Source: Gammaproteobacteria bacterium
Lineage (GTDB): Bacteria; Pseudomonadota; Gammaproteobacteria; Ga0077536
NCBI GenBank assembly: GCA_963662545.2
Contig: CAXXLL010000003.1
Location: forward strand, 288,001-352,000
DNA: 64,000 nt
Direction of reading: 5' to 3'
The position numbers were made by a program, and so were the translations under genes. Positions within the stretch are counted from its first letter, which is position 1; every line of letters begins with the position of its first letter. Positions 18,991-28,468 of this stretch are shown here, one piece after another. A model generated the notes under the pieces. It was not told the origin of the DNA. It did not search any database and saw only the letters and a list, made by a program, of their open reading frames with translations.

Positions 18991-19136
18991 CGTTCCAGCA
19001 TTGGATCGGAGCGGCGAGTGCGGATATTTTCGGCCAAAGCCCCGCTTCAATCCGCTTCCACTCTTTTGCGCCGCACCGGCTTTATTCGCCCGCAATCCGG
19101 ATCCTCCCCGACGGCCGCTGCCGCATCCGCGGGCGC

Positions 19137-19160
19137 GTAGGAGCCGGCTTGCCGGCGAAC
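19137..19160 (+). repeat. GTAG-type REP palindrome
   Basis: GTAGGAGCCGGCTTGCCGGCGAAC; partial inverted partner at 19084-19095. Confidence 0.75.
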
Positions 19161-19209
19161 AGAGGTTCGAACTTCAAGTGAGCATCACGACCTCCGCCCG
19201 CGCACGGCC

Positions 19210-20160
19210 TCAAGCCGCACTCGCGGACAAGGCCCCGAGACCACCGAAACGCTCGAAGTATCGTGCGCCCGGCCCGGGCAGGTGGCCTGCAGCGTTCCGC
19301 ATTGACGTCCTTGTATAAGCCACCGCGTCGGCGTGGATCCGACGGTAGATCTCGGCAGCGATCAGCCGGGCACCGTGTCCGGGCCAGCCCGGCGGCAGCA
19401 GATCTTCGGGCAAGTCGGTAGTCTTGAGCAGAATACGCCGGTATTCATGGATCAGCAGCGTGCGCAACATGAAGGCGTCGCGCGCTAGCAGCGTCCGGTC
19501 GCTACATACCCTGTCGAGCAAGGGTGAGAAGTCGTCGATGAATGCAGCGAAACGCACGGCCAGGTCGTCGAGCCGCCAGCATTCGTGGATCCGGCCGGCG
19601 AGTGTCGTTCCGGGCCCGCCGTCAGCCCTCGCCGCCTGCCACACGACCACGTCCCGCTCAAAACCGAGCGCCGCCAGGGTTTCTTCCAGGGCGGCACGAT
19701 TGGCGCGCGGATGCGCGAGCACACCGCCAGCAAGCAGGCCGAAACCCTGCCAGCCCAATTGCTTTCTGAGCTCTTCGCGTTGCGACGCTTCGAGTCCAGC
19801 CGGCATGACCAGGGTCCAGGTGCCGTCCCAGTCACGCGTACCGGCGGCGTAGATACGTTCGGCGGCGTGCTCGTACTGCCGCCACCCGAACTCGCTATAA
19901 CGGTAATAACTCTTGCGACCGGACTGAGTCGATAACAGCCAGCCTTCCTGCCCGAGCCGGAAGACAGCGGTTCGGATCTGACGCGCATTCAGGCCAAACT
20001 CCTCCATCACCTCGACCAGGCTGCCGAGCCAGACACTATCGCCCTGCTGCGATATCGTATCGCCGAACAGGGTGATGGCCAGCGATCCGGCGCGCGGCGG
20101 ATGCGCGCGCAGCAGTTCGCGAATGACCGTCGCCAGCGCCGTTTTTCCCTTCGCGACCAA
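19210..20160 (-). CDS. paaX: Phenylacetate catabolism repressor PaaX
   Basis: SLAITLFGD, RTAVFRL, LIHEYRRILL..LPEDLLP..WPG. Confidence 0.92.
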   Translation of the reverse strand: MVAKGKTALATVIRELLRAHPPRAGSLAITLFGDTISQQGDSVWLGSLVEVMEEFGLNARQIRTAVFRLGQEGWLLSTQSGRKSYYRYSEFGWRQYEHAAERIYAAGTRDWDGTWTLVMPAGLEASQREELRKQLGWQGFGLLAGGVLAHPRANRAALEETLAALGFERDVVVWQAARADGGPGTTLAGRIHECWRLDDLAVRFAAFIDDFSPLLDRVCSDRTLLARDAFMLRTLLIHEYRRILLKTTDLPEDLLPPGWPGHGARLIAAEIYRRIHADAVAYTRTSMRNAAGHLPGPGARYFERFGGLGALSASAA

Positions 20161-20161
20161 C

Positions 20162-21256
20162 TCAAACCGCCTGGTCGAAGTCGATGATCACGTCGTCACT
20201 GATGGGATGAGCCTGGCAGGTAAGTATGTAGCCCGCTTCGATCTCGGTGTCTTCGAGGGCATGGCGTACATCCATCTCAACCTCGCCCGCCACGAGCTTG
20301 GCCTTGCATGTCGCGCATGCACCGCCCTTGCAGGCAAACGGCAGATCGACGCCTGCATCGAGCGCCGCATCGAGTACGTTTTCACCATCCGGCGACAATT
20401 CGAGACGGGTCTCGCGGCCGTCGGCCTTGACCGTGACCCCACACAGCCGGCCGCTGAACTTCCGCACCCGTTCATGATGCTTGGCGATCGTCGCAGCCGC
20501 GTCGGCCGCGGACGCCCCGAACAGCTCATAGTGAATCTTCGCTTCATCAATACCGCTGCCGCGCAGGCCGCGCGATACCTCGGAGATCATCGCCTCGGGC
20601 CCGCACAGGAAGAAATCGTCCACCGACTCGAGATCGAGCAGGTGCCGGCATAGCTCGGCGCCTTTATGGTTGTCGATGCGCCCGTTCAGGATATCAATAT
20701 CGCGGTTTTCGCGGCTGAGCACATGGATGAGTTGGAAGCGCGACATATAACGGTTCTTCAGGCGGTCGAGTGTTTCGCGGAACATAATGCTCGCGACGCG
20801 TTGATTGCCGTACAAAAGCGTGACGTGGCTTTGCGGCTCGATCGAGAGGATCGACTTGATGATTGACAGCACGGGTGTGATGCCACTGCCGGCGGCAATG
20901 CAGAGGTAGTTCTTGTCGTTGTCGGATGAGAGTTCGGTGTAGAAGCTGCCCTCGGGCGGCATAACTTCGATCGTGTCTCCCGTTTTTAGCGACGCGTTAG
21001 CAAACATCGAAAAGCGGCCGCCTTCGACGGTCTTGATCGCGACTTCGAGCTCTTGTTCGTCGACGCCGCTGCAGATGGAGTAGGAACGTCTGATTTCTTC
21101 ACCGTCGATGTTCGACCGCAACGTCAAATATTGCCCCTGTTTGAACCCGTATCGATCACGCAGCGCGTCGGGCACCTCGAAGCTCAGACACACGGCCCCT
21201 TCAGTTTCGGGGCGCACGTTGCGCAATGTAAGTTCGTCAAAACTGTTAGTGGTCAT
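20162..21256 (-). CDS. paaE: Phenylacetyl-CoA epoxidase reductase subunit
   Basis: RRSYSIC, AAGSGITP, LCGPEAM, C-terminal CKGGACATC ferredoxin. Confidence 0.93.
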   Translation of the reverse strand: MTTNSFDELTLRNVRPETEGAVCLSFEVPDALRDRYGFKQGQYLTLRSNIDGEEIRRSYSICSGVDEQELEVAIKTVEGGRFSMFANASLKTGDTIEVMPPEGSFYTELSSDNDKNYLCIAAGSGITPVLSIIKSILSIEPQSHVTLLYGNQRVASIMFRETLDRLKNRYMSRFQLIHVLSRENRDIDILNGRIDNHKGAELCRHLLDLESVDDFFLCGPEAMISEVSRGLRGSGIDEAKIHYELFGASAADAAATIAKHHERVRKFSGRLCGVTVKADGRETRLELSPDGENVLDAALDAGVDLPFACKGGACATCKAKLVAGEVEMDVRHALEDTEIEAGYILTCQAHPISDDVIIDFDQAV

Positions 21257-21288
21257 GATCGGGCGGTCACAAGACGACCGTTTGCCAT

Positions 21289-21312
21289 GCAGGAGCCCGC
21301 TTGCGGTCGAAC
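21289..21312 (+). repeat. REP palindrome between paaE and paaD
   Basis: GCAGGAGCCCGCTTGCGGTCGAAC. Confidence 0.7.
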
Positions 21313-21340
21313 GACATGTCGCGTCATTCGATCCACCGCT

Positions 21341-21838
21341 TCACAGACATTTGAAATAGTCGAACGGTTCGAGGCACGCGCGGCAACGGTACAAGGCTTT
21401 GCAAGCGGTCGATCCGAATTCACTGAGGCGTTCGGTATCGAACGCCCCGCAACGCGGACAGATGACGTGAACGGCTCCGCCGCGTAGCGTTTGTTTGTCG
21501 CCGGCAGCCCCGACCGGCGGCGCAATGCCCATTGCGCGCAGCTTGCCGCGCCCGGCTTCGCTCAGCCAGTCGGTGGTCCAAGCCGGCGCAATTTGAGTTT
21601 CGATCGTGACCGTCCGGCACCCTGCTTCCATGAGCACCCGTTCGATGTCCTGCTCGATGGTACGCATCGCGGGGCAGCCGCTGTACGTGGGCGTAATGAC
21701 TACGGTCACCTCCTCACCCGACACGCGAACATCGCGCAAAACCCCCAGGTCTTCGATCGTGAGGACCGGAATCTCCGGATCGCAGACGTTTGCGAGGAGG
21801 GCGCGAACGCCGTCCTCATCGATATGACGGGCATCCAT
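21341..21838 (-). CDS. paaD: Phenylacetyl-CoA epoxidase subunit PaaD
   Basis: DPEIPVLTIEDLG, TPTYSGCPA, FGSTACKA..CLEPFDYFKC; ATG 21871 is an alternative start. Confidence 0.92.
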   Translation of the reverse strand: MDARHIDEDGVRALLANVCDPEIPVLTIEDLGVLRDVRVSGEEVTVVITPTYSGCPAMRTIEQDIERVLMEAGCRTVTIETQIAPAWTTDWLSEAGRGKLRAMGIAPPVGAAGDKQTLRGGAVHVICPRCGAFDTERLSEFGSTACKALYRCRACLEPFDYFKCL

Positions 21839-21864
21839 CCGCTCCTCCCGGCGCCGGGCAGAGG

Positions 21865-22617
21865 TCACCATTCGAGCTCCGGGTACGTCCGCTGCATTAC
21901 CTGCAATTCGGCGAGTAGATGACCCATGTGCTCGGTATGCACGCCTTCGCGCCCACCGGTGGCCTGCCAGCCGTCGTCCGGGATCTGGAGAGTCGCTTCG
22001 CTCAGGGTCGCTTCCACTTCGCGACGCCAATGCTCGTAAACGATGGCGAGTTCGGGGGCGATCTTGGCATCCGCCATCGCCCGATCGACAGCGTCGCTGG
22101 CAAACAGTTCGTGGCTAAAGCCCCATAGTTCGTCGAGCGCGGTTTGGGCACGGGCGTGGCTCTCCGCCGTACCGTCGCCTAGGCGCAGCACCCACTCACC
22201 GCTACGGCGGACATGGTAGGCGCATTCCTTGACGGCTTTAGCTGCGATGCCGGCGAGGGTCGCGTCCGTGGAACCCTTGAGTCGAGCGTAAAGTTCGTGG
22301 TGGTAAACATCGAGCAGGAACTGCCGCACGAGTGTAAACGCAAAATCGCCGACCGGCAGTTCGACCATCAGAAAATTTCTGAACTCGCGTTCATCGCGGA
22401 AGTAAGCGAGATCATCTTCGCTGCGTCCGCGGCCTTCGAGTTCACCCGCATGGCTGAGTAACATGCGCGCCCGCCCGATGTGGTCCAGCGCGGTATTGGC
22501 GATCGCAATATCTTCCTCGAGGAAGGGGCTGTGGCCGCACCATTCCGACAAACGCTGGCCAAGAATAAGTGCGTTGTCGCCAAGGCGCAGAACCGCTTCG
22601 AAATGTGCCTGGCTCAC
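21865..22617 (-). CDS. paaC: Phenylacetyl-CoA epoxidase subunit PaaC
   Basis: LGDNALILGQRLSEWCGH, KAVKECAYH, GREGVHTEH; GTG start overlaps the paaB stop. Confidence 0.93.
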   Translation of the reverse strand: MSQAHFEAVLRLGDNALILGQRLSEWCGHSPFLEEDIAIANTALDHIGRARMLLSHAGELEGRGRSEDDLAYFRDEREFRNFLMVELPVGDFAFTLVRQFLLDVYHHELYARLKGSTDATLAGIAAKAVKECAYHVRRSGEWVLRLGDGTAESHARAQTALDELWGFSHELFASDAVDRAMADAKIAPELAIVYEHWRREVEATLSEATLQIPDDGWQATGGREGVHTEHMGHLLAELQVMQRTYPELEW

Positions 22618-22898
22618 AGTTTCAGCTCGTCCGGAATGTCGTAGAAAGTCGGATGCCGGTAAATTTTGTCCTCGGCCGGATCGAAAAAAGCTTCCTCGTC
22701 GTCGGCCTGGCTCGCATGGATGTCGCTGGAGCGCACAATCCAGAGACTCACGCCTTCCTGCCGGCGCGTGTAGGTGTCGCGCGCCGCCTGCAGTGCCTGC
22801 TCGGGATCGGCGGCGTGCAGGCTTCCCACGTGCTTGTGATCGAGGCCGCGGCGGCTGCGCACGAACACTTCCCAAAGAGGTAGATGCTTGCTCGTCAT
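22614..22898 (-). CDS. paaB: Phenylacetyl-CoA epoxidase subunit PaaB
   Basis: LWEVFVR..GLDHKHVGSLHA, YRHPTFY. Confidence 0.95.
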   Translation of the reverse strand: MTSKHLPLWEVFVRSRRGLDHKHVGSLHAADPEQALQAARDTYTRRQEGVSLWIVRSSDIHASQADDEEAFFDPAEDKIYRHPTFYDIPDELKL

Positions 22899-22916
22899 GT
22901 TGATTCTCTCCGTCGC

Positions 22917-23873
22917 TCAGGCGGCTGCGCCGGCCTCGCGCATCCGCTGTTTTTCCGCGTAGGCCATCATCGCCTCCCGCACCCACTGCCCGTCATCTTG
23001 TGCTTTGCGGCGCGCCGCCATCCGTGCACGGTTGCAGGGGCCGTTGCCGGCCAGCACACGCTGGAATTCTTCCCAATCGATCGCGCCGAAATCGCAATGA
23101 CCGCGCTCGGCGTTCCACTCGAGTTCGGGATCCGGAATCGTAAGACCCAGATGCCGGGCCTGCTCGACCGTCTGATCAACGAATTTTTGCCGCAGTTCGT
23201 CGTTGGCCTGACGCTTGATCTTCCACCGCATCGATTGCTGCGAATGCGCCGATTCCGCGTCGTGTGGCCCGAACATCATGAGCGTCGGCCACCACCAGCG
23301 ATCCAGTGCGTCTTGCGCCATCGCTTGCTGTGCGGGTGAGCCCTGGCACAGCGTCTGCATGATCTCGAAGCCCTGGCGTTGATGAAAACTCTCTTCTTTG
23401 CAGATCCGCACCATGGCGCGTGCGTACGGTCCGTAGGACGTGCGGCACAGCGAAATCTGGTTGACGATCGCCGCGCCGTCGACCAGCCAGCCGATGGCGC
23501 CGACATCGGCCCAGGTCAAAGCGCGGTAGTTGAAGATGCTCGCGTACTTCGCCTTGCCGGACAGCAGGTCATCGATCATTTCTTCACGAGCGATCCCGAG
23601 GGTTTCGGCGGCACTGTAGAGATAAAGCCCATGCCCGGCCTCGTCTTGCACCTTGGCCAACAGAATAGCTTTGCGTCGCAGCGTCGGCGCGCGCGTGATC
23701 CAGTTACCCTCAGGCAATTGCCCGACCACCTCGGAATGCGCGTGCTGCGAGATCTGTCGGATCAGGTTGCGGCGGTATTTTTCCGGCATCCAATCCCGCG
23801 GCTCGATCTTCTCCTCGGCATCGATGGTCTGTTGAAACCGTAATTCTTCGGGATTCGACGGAATTTCGGACAT
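22917..23873 (-). CDS. paaA: Phenylacetyl-CoA epoxidase subunit PaaA
   Basis: [28 protein letters not shown] di-iron motifs. Confidence 0.96.
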   Translation of the reverse strand: MSEIPSNPEELRFQQTIDAEEKIEPRDWMPEKYRRNLIRQISQHAHSEVVGQLPEGNWITRAPTLRRKAILLAKVQDEAGHGLYLYSAAETLGIAREEMIDDLLSGKAKYASIFNYRALTWADVGAIGWLVDGAAIVNQISLCRTSYGPYARAMVRICKEESFHQRQGFEIMQTLCQGSPAQQAMAQDALDRWWWPTLMMFGPHDAESAHSQQSMRWKIKRQANDELRQKFVDQTVEQARHLGLTIPDPELEWNAERGHCDFGAIDWEEFQRVLAGNGPCNRARMAARRKAQDDGQWVREAMMAYAEKQRMREAGAAA

Positions 23874-23932
23874 CTCTGTAGCCTCGCTGTGCGGCGCATC
23901 CGCAGCGGCCGCCGCGGACGAATGACTTAAAG

Positions 23933-23971
23933 TATTACAGATTATCCAAATTTATCCATATTTATGTAATA
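23933..23971. promoter_or_regulatory. Candidate PaaX operator upstream of paaA
   Basis: TATTACA-N25-TGTAATA widely spaced inverted repeat in an AT-rich patch. Confidence 0.5.
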
Positions 23972-24110
23972 TATTAGGTCCGATTTGAAGACGGGGCGCG
24001 GTTGTCATCGACCGATCATCCCAGCTAGATTACCGTCGCGCCGGTGAATTCCACGCTAAACGGCCGGCTGCAACCGTAATTGACAGCCACGGACGAAGCT
24101 TCCGATCCCG

Positions 24111-24713
24111 ATGGAAGAAACGAAATTATTCTTCACCCCCTTGTGGCGGCACAGTATGCGCGCGACTGCCACCGACTGGGTGTCGCGCAGGAATGCGATG
24201 CTCGAAAAAATCTATGCCTTGATGGAAGCCGAAGAAGGCGTACAAAAGACGAATTTCGGCGGGTGGCAAAGCGACGACGATCTGTTCAAGTTCGACGAAT
24301 TCGAGTGGCTGCTGGATAATATCATCGCGCTCGGCAACACGCTCGCACCCGAATTCTGTACCGACAAGCAATTCAACGACGGCCATCTGTGGGCAAACGT
24401 CAACGGCAAGGGCAATTTCAACGCCATGCACACCCATCCCGAAGCGATACTTTCCGGGACCGTCTATTTGAAGTTCGACGGCGAGAAACAGGGGGGCATT
24501 GAGTTTTTCGACGCCCGCGAAGGCAGCCCGACCGCGCATTGGCCGTGTTATACGCAGTTCGAAGAGAAGAACCTATTCACCAGCTACGTTCATTCCGTGG
24601 TGCCCGAAGAAGGCGATATCCTGTTCTTTCCGGGCTGGTTAAAACATTGGGTTTCGCCCAATCTGACCGACGAAGACCGGGTGTCGATTTCATTCAACAT
24701 GAGCATACGGTGA
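24111..24713 (+). CDS. Putative 2OG-Fe(II) oxygenase (TIGR02466-like)
   Basis: GGWQS, WANVN, HTHP..LSG.VY, FPGWLKH.V, RVSISFN. Confidence 0.85.
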   Translation: MEETKLFFTPLWRHSMRATATDWVSRRNAMLEKIYALMEAEEGVQKTNFGGWQSDDDLFKFDEFEWLLDNIIALGNTLAPEFCTDKQFNDGHLWANVNGKGNFNAMHTHPEAILSGTVYLKFDGEKQGGIEFFDAREGSPTAHWPCYTQFEEKNLFTSYVHSVVPEEGDILFFPGWLKHWVSPNLTDEDRVSISFNMSIR

Positions 24714-24803
24714 GGGCGATGAACCGTGGTCCGAACCTATTCGGCTAAACACGGCCGCCAGCACGTGTGGCGGATTTCATCTTAGCGCCCTTCGATAACA
24801 ACC

Positions 24804-25181
24804 GTGTTCTACCGAGTAGCCGCCGATGTCGTGCTGTTGGTGCATTTCGGTTTCATCACGTTCGTCGTTTTGGGCGGACTCATCGCCTTTCGCTGGCTGC
24901 CGATAATTTACTTGCATCTTCCCACCGTGGTTTGGGGCGCGCTCATCGAGTTTCAGGGCTGGATCTGTCCGTTGACGCCGCTCGAGCATCACCTGCTCCG
25001 CGCCGCCGGTGAAGAGGGCTACACCGGCAGCTTTCTAGAACGCTATCTGCTGCCGGTCATTTATCCTGCGGCGCTCACCGACACGGTACAGATCGTTCTT
25101 GGTATGCTCCTCGTCGCCGTGAACTTCGCGATCTATATGGTGCTCTGGCATCGAAATTTCAATCGCGGCGCGCCGACGTGA
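24804..25181 (+). CDS. DUF2784-like membrane protein
   Basis: ADVVLLVHFGFI, HLP, WICPLTPLE, IYP. Confidence 0.85.
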   Translation: MFYRVAADVVLLVHFGFITFVVLGGLIAFRWLPIIYLHLPTVVWGALIEFQGWICPLTPLEHHLLRAAGEEGYTGSFLERYLLPVIYPAALTDTVQIVLGMLLVAVNFAIYMVLWHRNFNRGAPT

Positions 25182-25793
25182 TTGTTTGGAGCCCGCTTGC
25201 GGGCGAACAGGTGTATCGAGATTAAAATCACTACACATCCTCTGACGGCAAAACGCTGGGACGATTTCGTCACTTTGTTCGGCGAACACGGCGCCTGCGG
25301 CGGCTGCTGGTGCATGCTGTGGCGTCTTCGGCGCAAGGATTTCGAAGCGCGCAAGGGCGCCGGCAACAAGCGTGCGATAAAGTCCATCGTCTCCGCGGGT
25401 GAGATACCCGGGATCCTCGCCTACCAGGGACGCGAGCCGATCGGTTGGTGTGCGCTTGCACCGCGTGACCAATACCCTGCGCTGGAAAGGTCCCGCGTGT
25501 TGAAACCGGTAGACGAGCATCCATGCTGGTCCGTGGCCTGTCTTTTTGTGCATCGTGCGCGGCGCAAACAAGGCGTGCAGATCGGACTCCTGCACGCGGC
25601 GGTCCGTTATGCCCGCTCGCAGGGTGCCGGGATCCTGGAAGGCTATCCAGTCGAACCGAAGTCGAACAAGGACATCCCGGCCGCGTTCGCTTGGACCGGA
25701 ATACCCAGCGCTTTCGAGCAGGCGGGATTCGTCGAAATCGCGCGCCGCTCGCCAACGCGTCCGATCATGCGGATAGAACTCGCGGAGAAATAG
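25182..25793 (+). CDS. GNAT-family acetyltransferase
   Basis: GACGGCWCM, GWCALAPR, RKQGV, EGYP; start uncertain, REP copy at 25185-25208. Confidence 0.85.
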   Translation: MFGARLRANRCIEIKITTHPLTAKRWDDFVTLFGEHGACGGCWCMLWRLRRKDFEARKGAGNKRAIKSIVSAGEIPGILAYQGREPIGWCALAPRDQYPALERSRVLKPVDEHPCWSVACLFVHRARRKQGVQIGLLHAAVRYARSQGAGILEGYPVEPKSNKDIPAAFAWTGIPSAFEQAGFVEIARRSPTRPIMRIELAEK

Positions 25794-25795
25794 AC

Positions 25796-26116
25796 ATGAG
25801 CGACGGATCCAAAGGCAGCGTATTGAGCGGCATGTTCTGGATGTTTCTGATCTCAGTGCTGCTCTTCTGGCTACCGGTTTTCGGTGCACTCATTGCCGGC
25901 ATCGTCGGCGGCATGAAAGCCGGCGGAGTGATCAACGGTCTTACGGCTGCGTTGATACCGGGCATGGTGCTCGGCATCGCCCTTTACGTCGTAGCGGCGG
26001 CCCTGACCGGGCTGCCGCTGTTGGGCGCGATCGCGGGCGCAAGCGGGCTCGTGCTATCGCTTCTACACATCGGCCCATTGCTCGTCGGTGCGCTCGTTGG
26101 CGGGTCCCTGGCCTGA
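25796..26116 (+). CDS. Small Gly-rich membrane protein
   Basis: Three or four hydrophobic segments, LFWLPVFG.LIAG.VGG. Confidence 0.75.
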   Translation: MSDGSKGSVLSGMFWMFLISVLLFWLPVFGALIAGIVGGMKAGGVINGLTAALIPGMVLGIALYVVAAALTGLPLLGAIAGASGLVLSLLHIGPLLVGALVGGSLA

Positions 26117-26267
26117 CGCACGTGGATCCCTTTAGTGACGATAGGGGATCACCTAAATCACCCCTGGTTTTCGGTGCGCAAGCCCGCACTGTACCTCAGC
26201 CTGTATTTCATCGATCATAGGTCATCAGTCGAGTGGTCGATCACTTGAGACATACGAGGAATAAAAA

Positions 26268-26507
26268 ATGAGTGACCCCGTCCGAGCATCCGATACACCT
26301 TTCGCAGTCGATCTCGAAGCCGGCAAGAGTTATTTCTGGTGCGCTTGCGGCAACAGCGCGAATCAGCCTTTTTGCGACGGCTCGCACAAAGGTAGCGAAT
26401 TCACGCCGGTAAAGTTCGACGCCGATGAATCGAAGCAGGTCTACCTCTGCGGCTGTAAAACCACGGGCAATCGACCCATGTGCGACGGCAGCCACAAGAA
26501 CGCTTAG
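26268..26507 (+). CDS. CDGSH iron-sulfur domain protein (two motifs)
   Basis: WCACG..QPFCDGSH and LCGCK..PMCDGSH. Confidence 0.93.
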   Translation: MSDPVRASDTPFAVDLEAGKSYFWCACGNSANQPFCDGSHKGSEFTPVKFDADESKQVYLCGCKTTGNRPMCDGSHKNA

Positions 26508-26534
26508 ACGGCGCGGCGCGCCCGCGCGGCGTCG

Positions 26535-26990
26535 ATGTTTACGATTCGGAACTACGGAGACGCGGACCGCGGCGATCTGCGGGTTCTCGTACGTGCGCAA
26601 TTGGCCGACTCGGTGAACGACGAAACCGAGATTGATCGCTACTTCGCACACCTCCTGGAACAGGTGCGCGCCGGCGCTAAAATTGTCCTCGCGGAGGATT
26701 CCGGTGTGCTGGTCGGTTTCGTCGCAATGTCGGCGCCGCTCGCCGCGGAGGCTGACGGCTCGCCTACGGAAACCTATGTGATGATCTCCGATCTTTATGT
26801 CACGCCGGATCGGCGTAGAAACGGTATTGCCACGGCGCTTACCCGCCGTGCCGAAGAGATTGCGCGCGAAGCGGGCGTGAGCCGGGTCGCCTTGAAAGCG
26901 CTGTCCCGGAATCCCGATGCGATCGCCTTTTATCGCGGGCAGGCGTACCGCGAACAATTCGTGGTGATGGACAAAGTCCTGACGGCTTGA
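26535..26990 (+). CDS. GNAT-family acetyltransferase
   Basis: DLYV..RRNGIATAL, NPDAIAFY. Confidence 0.85.
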   Translation: MFTIRNYGDADRGDLRVLVRAQLADSVNDETEIDRYFAHLLEQVRAGAKIVLAEDSGVLVGFVAMSAPLAAEADGSPTETYVMISDLYVTPDRRRNGIATALTRRAEEIAREAGVSRVALKALSRNPDAIAFYRGQAYREQFVVMDKVLTA

Positions 26991-27051
26991 ACACCGATGA
27001 GGACGACTTAATAGGTGTTGAGAATGATCGAACGCTTTGTAGAATGAGACG

Positions 27052-27408
27052 ATGATGGCCAGCGCACGACGCCCGCAAAATGTGCATGAACACTATCACG
27101 CGCATGTCTATTTCAATGCCGCGACGGTCGTCCATGCGCGCAGCCTGCACGCGACGGCCGCCGAGATTCTCGACGTAAAAGTCGGCCGCTTTCACGAAAA
27201 GCCCGTGGGACCACATCCGTGCTGGAGTTTTCAATTGGCGTTCGACACCGCGGCATTTGACTCCGTCATCGGCTGGCTCGACAAACGCCGCGAGGGACTT
27301 ACCGTTTTCGTACATGGACGAACCGGCGACGACTACGCCGATCACACCGACTTCGCCTACTGGCTTGGTGAACCGCGCGAGCTGAAGGTGTCCATGTTCG
27401 AACGGTGA
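27052..27408 (+). CDS. DOPA 4,5-dioxygenase family protein
   Basis: YHAHVYF, PVGPHP, DH..FAYWLG. Confidence 0.88.
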   Translation: MMASARRPQNVHEHYHAHVYFNAATVVHARSLHATAAEILDVKVGRFHEKPVGPHPCWSFQLAFDTAAFDSVIGWLDKRREGLTVFVHGRTGDDYADHTDFAYWLGEPRELKVSMFER

Positions 27409-27464
27409 GCGTCGCCCGCTAGTTGGCGAGGTTTGCACCACGCCTGCGGACGGCGCCGCGTTAA

Positions 27465-27626
27465 GAAACCTCTGAATAAATTATAGTGCGGGTGAATGGT
27501 GCATGAAATCGTGCAGATCAAGGCACGAATCGCGGGCCACAGCAGAGACTATTGGCAAGATTCGTAACGTAAGGCTCCGCGATTTCAGGTGCAAGGCAGG
27601 TGTGCCATAACTTATTCAGAGATTTC
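27465..27626 (+). mobile_element. MITE family A copy 3 (162 bp)
   Basis: GAAACCTCTGAATAAATTATAG...CCATAACTTATTCAGAGATTTC; TTAA duplicated on both sides, the right copy containing the stop codon of the adjacent gene. Confidence 0.88.
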
Positions 27627-28265
27627 TTAAATATCCCACCCCGGTAATCCCTCATCCAACTGAACGCCGAAGGAATTCAGGGCCATCGACACTAGGTTGT
27701 ACTGGCCTACGGTAAACACGAGGTCCATGAGCTGCAGCTGATCGAGGTGGGCGGTCAGCGCGTTCCAGGTCTCATCGGTGATGAAAGCGTCGGCGTGCAG
27801 TTCGTCGGTCGCCTGTAGCAGTAAACGGTCCCTTGCGGAGAGCCCTGGCGTCGAGGGTCCGGTTTTCGGCGGATCTCGTCGTCCGTCATGCCCGCCCGCC
27901 GCGCAACCATGACGTGCTGGCCCCATTCGTACCCGGCCTGGCACAGGTATCCGATCCGCAGGATGACTGCGGATCTCGTCGTCCGTGCCCGCCCGCCGCG
28001 CAACCATGACGTGCTGGCCCCATTCGTACCCGGCCTGGCACAGGTATCCGATCCGCAGGATGACCAGTTCGCGCTCGCGGGATTGCTTGAATAACACGTG
28101 GTTGGCGAACACCAGCCAGCGGCGCATGAGATCGGGATGGTTGGTCAGGGTCTTGAAAATATTGTGATCGGCGCCTGCCTCGACGAACGGCTTCATCGAA
28201 ACCTTGGCGGCGTCGCTCCATTCGTCGGCTTCAAGCGGGCGGATGCGGGGCTTGGACAAACGCAT
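27627..28265 (-). pseudogene. Carboxymuconolactone decarboxylase/AhpD-family gene disrupted by an internal ~100-bp tandem duplication
   Basis: RELVILRIG..YEWGQH, DLVFTVGQY; 27869-27967 repeated at 27969-28064 with a frame switch. Confidence 0.7.
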
Positions 28266-28359
28266 GTGGGATCCTTTGCTCGTGTACTAAGGTGGGCACC
28301 ATGATGCCATCACTCGATGCTCGGTTGCGACAGTTGCCGAGAACGCGGGTATGACGAAG

Positions 28360-28426
28360 ATTCGCCCGCAAGCGGGCTCCTACGGTGCATGACGGAGACT
28401 TCGCAGGAGCCCGCTTGCGGGCGAAA
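28360..28426. repeat. REP doublet (REPIN-like inverted pair)
   Basis: ATTCGCCCGCAAGCGGGCTCCTAC ... GCAGGAGCCCGCTTGCGGGCGAA. Confidence 0.82.
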
Positions 28427-28468
28427 AAAACGCGTCCGGATAAAAACCGGAGCCAGAGATCCCCACCG

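Noticed and set aside
23942-23960. Two DnaA-box-like 9-mers (TTATCCAAA, TTATCCATA)
   Set aside because: Only two mismatched boxes and no oriC context; better explained as paa promoter DNA
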